This document shows positions 21,534-30,800 of a stretch of 64,000 bases of DNA, in pieces. The number at the start of each line of letters is the position of its first letter. The first letter of the stretch is position 1. This DNA is from a virus: positions 3,357 to 67,356 of IMG/VR virus record IMGVR_UViG_3300031951_000121; one strand, written 5' to 3'. A model generated the notes under the pieces. That model was not told where the DNA came from, ran no database searches, and was given only the letters and a program-made list of their open reading frames with translations. A program made the translations under genes and the position numbers.

Positions 21534-21746
21534 CCGCGAAGTCTATAAATTTCTTTTTACACCGAGAACAGACACCATTGCCTATTAACTCATCAAGATA
21601 AACTGTTCCGTCTGGGTGTTCCAAGCAAGAAATATCTATCATTTTTATCCTTAATAAAGTGTAATCATGCTATCAATAAAATAGTGCAATTGTATTATTG
21701 ATATTTAACTGATAGCCTAATAAAATTATATTAAAGCATAAATTAA

Positions 21747-22028
21747 TTGAAGAGGAAATTTATGACCGCGTTACAACAACGAGCTTTAGAATGGACTGAA
21801 AAATTAGCACAAGTAGCATCGGGAAAACCCGAGCCTTACAAATGGCGTAAGGTTCGGGTTTTTACCCTCAGAAGAGGCGATCGCGTCAATATAGAGGGGT
21901 TGGTCTATATCGTGCGAGACGTTGAGCCTAATTGTGGAACGGTTCGGCTGTCCCTCGGGCTAAAGGGGAAAGCCTACCGGGTAACGGTGGCAAGCACCGC
22001 ATTAATCGACTACGATTCTTTAGTATAG
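21747..22028 (+). CDS. hypothetical protein
   Basis: GAGG RBS before ATG 21762. Confidence 0.55.
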   Translation: MKRKFMTALQQRALEWTEKLAQVASGKPEPYKWRKVRVFTLRRGDRVNIEGLVYIVRDVEPNCGTVRLSLGLKGKAYRVTVASTALIDYDSLV

Positions 22029-22038
22029 AGGGTATTAT

Positions 22039-22423
22039 TATGGTTGCGTTATCAGACAACGTAGTTGATTTTCAGGAGAAGGTAAATGTTCGGGGTATCC
22101 CAACTTACCAAATAACTCCCGACAATCTAAAAAAAATGTATGCGATGAAGGCGTTAGACCGCAACAGCTATCTTTATCTAGCCCTAGTCCTTGATCATGG
22201 AGATGTTTTCTCCCCTGATGAGGATTTTGACGTTCAGGATTTCTGCGATCGCTGGAATATCCAAGATATGCCCAATCCTGTAGATATAGCTAAGACGGTT
22301 AATCTTCAGCTAGAGATAGCCGATGTGTTGCTGTTCGTTGGTCGTCTGGCTAAAAAGGGTATTCTAGATGTGGGCAGAATAACTCAGCTGACCCTAGACC
22401 TCTGGGGCAGTGCTGATTCCTAA
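22039..22423 (+). CDS. hypothetical protein
   Basis: GAGGG RBS before the MVALSD start, within ORF 21932-22423. Confidence 0.6.
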
Positions 22424-22515
22424 TTGCTAGATTTTAAGTTTGTGTAGAAGAAAACCCCCTGACGGGGGTATTTTTTTGGGATTAATCAGCGCGATCGTCT
22501 ATTTGTAGCTCTTCC

Positions 22516-22893
22516 TCATGAGTCATCTCCATTGGCTAGAATAATCAAGATTTCTTGAAAAAGAGTGTCGATCTTGTCAATCTTTTTCAATGAGAGGCTT
22601 TTAAGAATGACAGGTTGATTTATAGCAGAATTGATCTTCACTAACTGTTGATAGGCTTTCCTCGCCTTGACGATTTTATCTAGAGCAGGATCATCCCCCG
22701 CATAAAGACTGTAACTGTAAAATGCGTGACCGAACGAGTCTCCTGACTCAAATTCACGGGGGAATTTAACCTCACCGTTATCCCCACGCTGTCCGACTGC
22801 GGTAAGTTTAGTCACCCGCACGATTTCGTATTCTTTTAAGACTAAGTCGCGCTCAGTTATCACGCGATCGCCTCTCTCTAATCTCTTGTGCAT
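22516..22893 (-). CDS. hypothetical protein
   Basis: GAGG RBS. Confidence 0.65.
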   Translation of the reverse strand: MHKRLERGDRVITERDLVLKEYEIVRVTKLTAVGQRGDNGEVKFPREFESGDSFGHAFYSYSLYAGDDPALDKIVKARKAYQQLVKINSAINQPVILKSLSLKKIDKIDTLFQEILIILANGDDS

Positions 22894-22982
22894 TGTGCCT
22901 CTTCAAAAAACAAAACAGCCCCGTAGGGCTGGCTGATGACTGGCTTCTAGAACAGTTTACCGCCTTGCTTAGGGCGATCGCA

Positions 22983-23381
22983 TTACCCTACCGCTAGGCT
23001 TAAGCATCCTACGGGACGCAGACCGGGGGGATTATTAATCCCGTCATACACTATATCCTGCACATTGGCGAGGCGCGAGGTGTCTAGCCCTAGCGCGGCT
23101 GCTGCACTTTTAAATAGTGCACTCACGACAACGATATCCTCAGCGATCGCGCCGTAGTCGTCTACAGCTACAAAAACTTGCCCCCCTTTGAGAAAGGGAA
23201 CATCGAATGTCACCTCACGGTTTTTCTGGACCGCGTTTAAAAGTTTCCCGCTAGGGGGGATTTCTAGGATGGGGGTAGCTCCTCCTTTTAAGATTAGCTT
23301 CCGCACTTCGGGGACGGCGAGGGAGTCTTCTTCTCGGTAGATATAGATGGGGTGGGGAGTTGCGTTAAAGAACGTAAGCAT
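22983..23381 (-). CDS. N(L/A)TPH-motif small phage protein (candidate ring nuclease)
   Basis: FNATPHPI..IVVVSAL..VGCLSL; under a degenerate cassette promoter. Confidence 0.6.
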   Translation of the reverse strand: MLTFFNATPHPIYIYREEDSLAVPEVRKLILKGGATPILEIPPSGKLLNAVQKNREVTFDVPFLKGGQVFVAVDDYGAIAEDIVVVSALFKSAAAALGLDTSRLANVQDIVYDGINNPPGLRPVGCLSLAVG

Positions 23382-23461
23382 TGGTTGACCTCGCTTTTGT
23401 TTACATCCCTAGCATAAGTTTTTTATGCTATCGCGTAAATCCGTAGATATACTGAATTTTA
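23382..23461 (-). promoter_or_regulatory. cassette promoter, degenerate copy
   Basis: TCAGTA-TATC-TACGGA ... GTAAACAAAAGCGAGG. Confidence 0.7.
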
Positions 23462-24154
23462 CCGCGCTTCTATCGGGGGAAATTTTCTTGTTTCTACTGA
23501 GCAGCAGCACCGCCCCCCGCAAAGGCAATCTACCCCAGGCGGGACAACCTGCGATAGAGGTAGCCAGCCTTGGAGAGAATAGCCAATACATGGCTGGCAG
23601 TGATTTTTACAGTTCCCTAATCGCCGCCGCCCGTAATGCTGTCCAGATTGTTCCCTGAGTGTCAGGTTAGCCTTCTCAAAACTCGCTTTAGTTGCCAAGG
23701 CGTACTTACTCATGCGATCGCGGGCTTGCTTTTCTGATAGCTTCCCTTCCCTCAAGTCACTAGCAAACCGTCTTAGAGCAGGGTACTCGATAGTTCTCAG
23801 ATGATTACCTACCTGTAAATAGTGATAAGCAAAGGTGTTATCCTTGCCCCCTCGCCCGAGCCGTGCCATGCCAATATGAGCATCCTTGATCAACAGTGCC
23901 GTACTCCTCTGCCAATCCTCTAGGGAGATACTACCCGCGATCGCTTTCCCTAAATTGTCGTCTAGTCTCTTGGCAAGAGATTGTCTTTCCCTGTCTATTA
24001 TCTTGAATAGTTCAGGCTGTGAGACTTTTTTGCCAGTGGGGTATCGATATGCGATCGCTTCTTTATCCCAAGTCAAATCTTTTTGGGAGTAGGCGTCAAA
24101 AATCATGGCAACAAAAAAGCGGGTAAACCCCGCCCTAGCGATGAAAAAACTCAA
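23459..24154 (-). CDS. minor head morphogenesis protein (Mu gpF-like)
   Basis: C-terminal HCQPC..PPGVDCLCGGRCCC; start probably 24105. Confidence 0.7.
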   Translation of the reverse strand: MSFFIARAGFTRFFVAMIFDAYSQKDLTWDKEAIAYRYPTGKKVSQPELFKIIDRERQSLAKRLDDNLGKAIAGSISLEDWQRSTALLIKDAHIGMARLGRGGKDNTFAYHYLQVGNHLRTIEYPALRRFASDLREGKLSEKQARDRMSKYALATKASFEKANLTLREQSGQHYGRRRLGNCKNHCQPCIGYSLQGWLPLSQVVPPGVDCLCGGRCCCSVETRKFPPIEAR

Positions 24155-24572
24155 CCATTAAGGAGTAGCCCTTATGAGTACATCCTAGCACTACTCCCCT
24201 AGGTACATCTGACGATCATCGGTCACATCGTCTTTATCAAGAATGCGATCGCGGTTTTATGTAATATAGAGTCAGGAAATCAGAGAGACTTACTTGATCT
24301 GCGAGGGTAATACCCGGATTAGCTCGGCTAGTACACGGAGTTCCGATAGTGGATTGTAAGGGTTTCCAGCTCCACAGCTAAGGTATATGCAGTAACAAGG
24401 GGCTTTAAGCCGCTAGACCGAAGCTTGGAGGTATTTACGCCAGCCACTCCTGATTAAGTTACGGGATAGCCGAGAGGCGAAGGGGGGCTACTCTCTCTAT
24501 CCGCGATCACGTCATGAGTTAGGCAGAAATTATCCCCGATACGGCATATTTGCAGATTACAAGATACAAGCT

Positions 24573-24882
24573 TAATCAGGTTTTCTGGAATTGCGATCGC
24601 AGGTAAACCCTGCCTAGATACGCGAGGCAACCGATCCAATCCCGAATTGACAAGTGAGATACGGTAATAATCTCAATCCCAACTAAACGGCTATCCTCGG
24701 CATAGTAAAAAATCATACAGGTGTGCGGCAAAATCATCTCGGAATCCGCGATCGCATCTTCTGAGAACTTAATATATAGAGCGTCCGCACTAGGATCGTA
24801 ACTCGCTTTGGGCTGTCGCATTCTATCCCCCTTTGACAACATAATAATTGTAGCTAATCAGGTTTTCTGGAATTGCGATCGC
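24573..24882. repeat. 28-bp perfect direct repeat flanking the DUF2283 gene
   Basis: TAATCAGGTTTTCTGGAATTGCGATCGC at 24573-24600 and 24855-24882. Confidence 0.95.
24576..24842 (-). CDS. DUF2283 domain protein
   Basis: YDPSADALYIKF..LVGIEI. Confidence 0.85.
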   Translation of the reverse strand: MLSKGDRMRQPKASYDPSADALYIKFSEDAIADSEMILPHTCMIFYYAEDSRLVGIEIITVSHLSIRDWIGCLAYLGRVYLRSQFQKT

Positions 24883-27800
24883 GTCTTAATTGTTCAGCGC
24901 GGTCTATCTGTTTTTGGGACTTGCGGAAGCCATCAGGGTTAGGCGTGGTGATATTAAATACCGTGGTATTGGTAATAGGCTGAGAGCGATCGCCCCCGCT
25001 ACGGCGCACGAATTGATTAGCTGACTTCCCTACTGTCCCCCCTGAGAAGAAATTAGCCACGGAGTAGTTCGGTCTAGCGCGGTTCATCTTCATTTTCTGC
25101 CAGTCTCCAGTAGAGCGAAGATGACGGAAAAACCCTGCATCACCGTTACGGGTTGTCAGGACTTCCTCTCCCCGATGAGCAACTATGGGAGTAGCCCCGA
25201 CCCCTTCCCGTCTCATGGCATCTGCTACCGAGATACCGAGAGCGTAAATATCTTGGGGCGATCGCCCGTCTACTTTGCCCCCCATGAAGTAGTTCCGCAC
25301 TCCATCTTTGGTTACTGTCCCTCCTAGTTTGGCGATACCGAGATTAGGAGTAAACCCCATCCCCCCGCCGCCCGATGGTACAGAGCCACCGCCTACTCCA
25401 GCAAACATCCCAAAAATACGGAAGACTGCGGCTTGTAGTGCCATTTGTAACAGCATTTTCCCGATGCTTTTAAAGAAATTCCCTGCTATCTCCCCTACGT
25501 TCTTAAATCCAGTAAAAGCATCCTCGAATAGTTGCCCTAGGGTATTAGAAAGCTCTTGAGCGTAGGGATTAGCCTCTACAAAAGCATTGGTTAGGTCAAT
25601 ATCTCGCATCCGTTCAAGGTCATCAGCGATCGCGCTGTAGGTATCGGGGGTGATCAGCCCGTCTGCCAACTTCCTATCAAGGTCAAACGTATCCTCTTGG
25701 AATCGAGAATCAATCCGTAGCCGCGCCGCCTCATTCCGATTGGCGATCGCACTAAACGGATCGCCACTAATCCCCGCCTCGGCTTCTAGCCTATCGGCTC
25801 TAGAGTTACTGCGATCGCCTGCCTCTTGCAGATTTAGTTCCCGTCGTCGGTTTCTTTCTGCGAATCCTCTGGCTCGTTGCTCGGTAGCATTCAGGGCATC
25901 TAAGGCAGATTTTAGGTCTAATGCTTGCTCCTCTAGCTCCCTGAATGCCTGAAGCTCGGTTTTAATTAGGTCGTTGACCAATTTAGCCGATAACCCGCGC
26001 TGTACATAGAGGTCGGCTTCCGCCTCTTTCTCTTTAATCAGTTCGGATTTGTCGCGGGTTTGTCGTTTAATTAGCTCCAGCGATCGCTCTAGCTCTCTCC
26101 TCTGAGATTGATATTGTCGCCCTACCTCATCCCCCGCCTGCCTGATCAAATCCTGCTTAGTCAAAGATTGAGTTTCTACTGCTACCAATTCCCTCGCGGT
26201 TCTTACCTGTTCCTGTAGGGATTCCTTGGTATCTCTCAGGTATTCAGCGCGATCGCGTATCCTGTCAGCTAGAGCGTTCTCAATCTCTATTAGTGCTTGT
26301 TTTTCTTTAAGTTCAGAGTTTTCGAGTTGCGCCTGATTAAGCTGCTTTTGGGATTCAAACTGCTTATTAATCAAGTCGCTTGCAGGACTAGCAGCAACTC
26401 GGGGGAAAGAAGAGGATAGGCTAGGAGATTGAGAATTAGCAGGAATATCCCTGATTTCGGTAAATCCCTCCCAATTATCAGCCAAGCCGCTCCGCATGAG
26501 CAAGTCGTCAAACTTCTTGTTCCCAGAAGTTTCTACCTGCACTTTAACCTTGACTGTTTGAGTCTTCGGCGTGGATACTGCTACAGGTTTAGCCTGAGTT
26601 GTCCGAGCGATCGCGGTTGACACTGCCAAGGGCATCGCCTTGATGGTTTTATCGAAAATGCCGATGACATCTAGCCTTTGAGAGAACCTATCCTGATTGA
26701 AAACATGACCACGGTAGCGAGTGCGGCTAAAGTTCTGAGACGGGTCATTAAACGCGCTAGGGGTTCTAAATCCCGTAGCTCCTAGCAGTTTCCTATTATT
26801 GCCTACTGCTTTAGCCAATTCTTCAGTGTTCAGGGCGAGAGCGATCGCGGCTTCGGCTTGTTTGAGTTGGGATTGAGTAAGGCGGCGATTGATAGAGCCG
26901 TTTGATACGGGTTCAAACTGACCTCGCCCCATGATGATGTCGTTGAGACTGCCAGAACGAGCGTTATACGTCCCTCCCGTCACCTTCCCTGATTTAATCA
27001 GTGCTTGCCGATTCAGAACAGCCCGAGCCACTAAAGCCTGTCCTACTAGCCCCTCGCTTTTGGCTTCTGCTATGATCAGCCGCTTAAATAAGTCCATCTC
27101 AGAGCCTTTCGCCCCCGAGATGCCCCCTCTCCCTAGCGGCGGGGGCGGCGGTAGTTGACCACGACCACGAGAGAACGGCATCGCCGCATTAGACGGGACA
27201 GGTAAGCGATCGCCGCTAGGGATGCTAAAATTACCCGCCTGATTAGCCGCCTTGGTCAGGGATACCCCCAACTCTTCCGCCCGTTGCTTCAGGGAGATAA
27301 ACTGGTCTTTTAGCTGAATCGCGCTCCTTATCTGGTCTTTTCTGGCGGCTTCCTCCTGTCTCTGTAGGTCTATCGTGGCATTCATCAGCCCTATTCGTTG
27401 CTGCTCTAGCGATCGCATCTGTTCAGCGCGGCTTCTCTGGGAATCCGCGATCGCTTCCTGTAGATTCCGCAATTCTCGCATTGATTGGGTTAGCTGTTGA
27501 GTAGCCTGATTCTGGTCTAGCTTGAGCCGTTCGGTGTTTAGGTTGGCATCGTCAAGTTTAGAGAATTGCTCATTGAGAAAATCGCTTAAATCCTTGACAA
27601 ACGAGCCAGATCCGCGCTCTAGCTGAGAATCAAAAGCTATCTTCTTGGTTAAGCGGTTGTTCTCAGTCTCTACCTCTTTGAGTTGCTGTTTAATCTGGTT
27701 AAAAGTAGTCGTTAGAGAGGTAATCATATCGGAATATTGCTCCGCAAACCCCCTCACTTCCCTTTCTGCCTGTCGGTTAAAATTCTCTATTGCCAGCGCA

Positions 27801-30800
27801 TAATCTATTCTCTGTTGTACCAAGGCATCCCGCGATCGCTGTAGGGATATTTGAGATTCCTGCTGTGCAGTATAAAAGTCCTGTGCAGCAAAGGTATAAT
27901 CTCTCTGCTGATTAGCGAAGTCTCTTAAGTCAGACTTTCTTTGTTTTTCTAGCAGGAATGATTCTTTCTCTAAGTTTATTCTGTCTAGGATATTTTTATT
28001 TATTAGCTCTTGTGTTTCTAAAATATCCCTGAGTGCATCTAACCCTTTTTGAAGCTGCACAGGTACTTGCCCGTTGGCATCTTTTAAAGTTTCTTGCGCT
28101 CTATCGATGTCTCCCGTACTAGCACTATCAAGAGAACTTCCTAGCCCTGATTCAAGCTCTCGTTTCGTGTTGTTACTAAAGCTAGATATAAATCTCTTCC
28201 GTATATTTAGCCTTTCTCTATAGAATAATTCTTCTTGCTTCAAGATTTGTTGCTGGCTTGACATACTCTGCTTTGCAGATTTAAACTCCCCTTCTTTATT
28301 CCTTAAGGCATCTAATGATGATTTGGCAATCTGTATCTGCGATTGAATACGCTTAACCTGAAGGGCATAATCTTGATTGGTTATCTGCGTTGTATCCCGC
28401 AGAAACTGAGTTGATATAGACTTGACTTCCTTGTTTAAGTCTTCAGATGCTTTTTTAGCCGCAGCTAATGATCTGGCAAGCAAATTAATATAGTTGGTGA
28501 CTTCTTGGACTCCTTGCGAATCTCCTATTCTGCCCAACTCATTCCTAATTTCTTTGGCTCTTTCTATTGACTGTTTAAGTCCGTCCTCTCCTTGCGGAAT
28601 AAATTCAAATTGCACATCTTCAATCCGAGTAGATAACGCTTGACTATTTTGATTCAAAAACTCTATGGCAGCATCTGCATTGCCATTAAACTTTTTATTC
28701 AAATCTTTAACTCTCGCGTCATCAGCCGACAAATTTCCTGTTTGATTTATAATCCTAATCGTAGTCTTGATGTCGTCTAATTGCTGTTGTAGCTTGCTTA
28801 TGTCACCAATATAACGCTGAGTCTCCTTCTTGTCAAACAGATTCTGTGTTTTTAGTCTAATCTCGGTCATCAACTCATTTAATGCCTTTCCTTTATCCTC
28901 TAATTCCTTTAAAGTTTTCATCTCTTCAACACTGATTAAATCCGTATTGAGTCTGCGATCGCCCTGCCTACGATAGTTAAAAGTATTGATGTAATGATCG
29001 AGGAATTTCTCCATCAAGGTTTTATCCTGCTCTATTTTTACCTTAAAAACAGGAGGCTTTAACCTCGCCAATTCGGAATTAATAAAATCTACTGATACTC
29101 TGGTAGTTTTCGCTAGGTCTTTTAATGCTTTTGACCCCATAGAGTTAAAATACTCAAGTGCTTTAACTGCTCCATATATAGATACTCCCAATACGACAAA
29201 TAGCCCTGTAGTCGCGATCGCTTCTGACAATGCAGCCAAGCTAACCACGGAAAATTTAGTGAGCGCAGCTATCATGAGAGAGAATGCTTTCTGTACGATG
29301 CCAGAAGTAGCAAGGATAGTTAATCCTAGTGCGCCGACAGAAGATCCAATGACAGCGATTATCTCAGGGATTGCTTTACCATTCTTGGCTATCGTCGCCG
29401 TCAGTTGATTTAAAGGAGGTAAGACTACATTTAATATATTTGCGGCGAATTCCCCAAATCCGATACTAATCTGCTCTAAGTTGCTCTCCAACAAGGACAT
29501 CTGCCCAACAAAGGTATTTTTGTTCTGCTCTGCTCCAATTGAAAAAGCATCCTTCATTCTCTTGCTTAATTTTGGTAATAGGTCAGAGGCTAAAACCTCC
29601 CCGCTTTCAACCATCTTTAAAAATTGTGCCTGACTTATTCCCATTGCCTGAGCAGATTGAGATATAGCAGTAGGCAGTCGTTCTCCTAGTTGTAACCGCA
29701 ATTCTTCTAGTGAGACTACTCCCTTAGATCCCATCTGCTGAACAGCAAACAAAATCCCGTTAAAGGACTCCTCGTCTAACCCCAAAGCCGCTCCTCCCAC
29801 TGCGAATCCCTCTAATATTTGCGCGGTCTGCCCTTTTAAATCCGTGAAATTAAATGCTGCCTGCAATCCCGCAAAGTTTTTCTGCAACACAAGCGCATTA
29901 GTCCCTAGGCTGTCTGCTAAGGTTTTAATCCTAGCTAGGGAATCCTCTGGGGCGGGGAATGACAATGCCTTAAGCGTGTTCAGCGTCTTAGTGACTTCTT
30001 TAAATAAAACTAATCCTTTCTTGCCTTCTTCAATTAACCCCTGAAATATATTAACACTTGTCGCGCTTAATACCGCGCCGACCGCAAGTTTACCGATATT
30101 GCTTACAACGTCTTTAAGCTTGCTAACTTGTGCATTTATTTTGTTGTTGACAGTATCTTTTCCCTTGTTTTCTATGCTGTCAACAAAATCATTGACTCTG
30201 TCCTTTGCTTTGTTCATCCCCTCATAAAGGATAGTTAATCCTCCTACGAACCCCAGTCCTACATTTCGCCCTATTTCCATAAACACACGAGATGGAGACT
30301 TAATCCCTAGCGCGTCTTTAACCGTACTGGGCAGTGCTTCCGCGATCGCTTTCATCTCGTCCGTGAGATTTCCCTCTTCATCCAAAAGCCCTACCTTAAT
30401 TCCTTCAATAATATCTTTCCCAATGCCCTTTAAGCTCCCTTTATTCTGTGCTATAGGGTCGATAGACGTAAGAAGTTTTTGGAGTGCCTTCTCGATCTCC
30501 TGCTTATTGCTTCCTGATATTATCTGCAAAGAAGCTTTTTTGACTAACTTCTTGCCCAAGTCAGTTTTCACGTTAAACGCATTTTCTAACTGCGATGCAA
30601 TGGGTTTAGCCTGCAACTGTTTAATCTTCTCTAACTGCCCTTCAGCTCGTCCACCTTGCGCGGTCACGAATCCTTTTGCGCTCTGAATAGACGCTCCTGC
30701 CCCTCCAGATGCGATACTCGTAGGCTCTCCAGCTGACTGCAATACTTTCAGCAATTCGTCTAAATCCGTCTTGGCTTGATTCTTAGCCGCTATCAATTTG

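Noticed and set aside
22915-22980. Second hammerhead (CTGATGA near 22933)
   Set aside because: No correctly placed GAAA or cleavage triplet, and it is antisense to the local genes
24280-24400. Group I intron core suggested by AGAGACT and AAGGTATA
   Set aside because: The P7 pairing could not be formed and no interrupted gene flanks it
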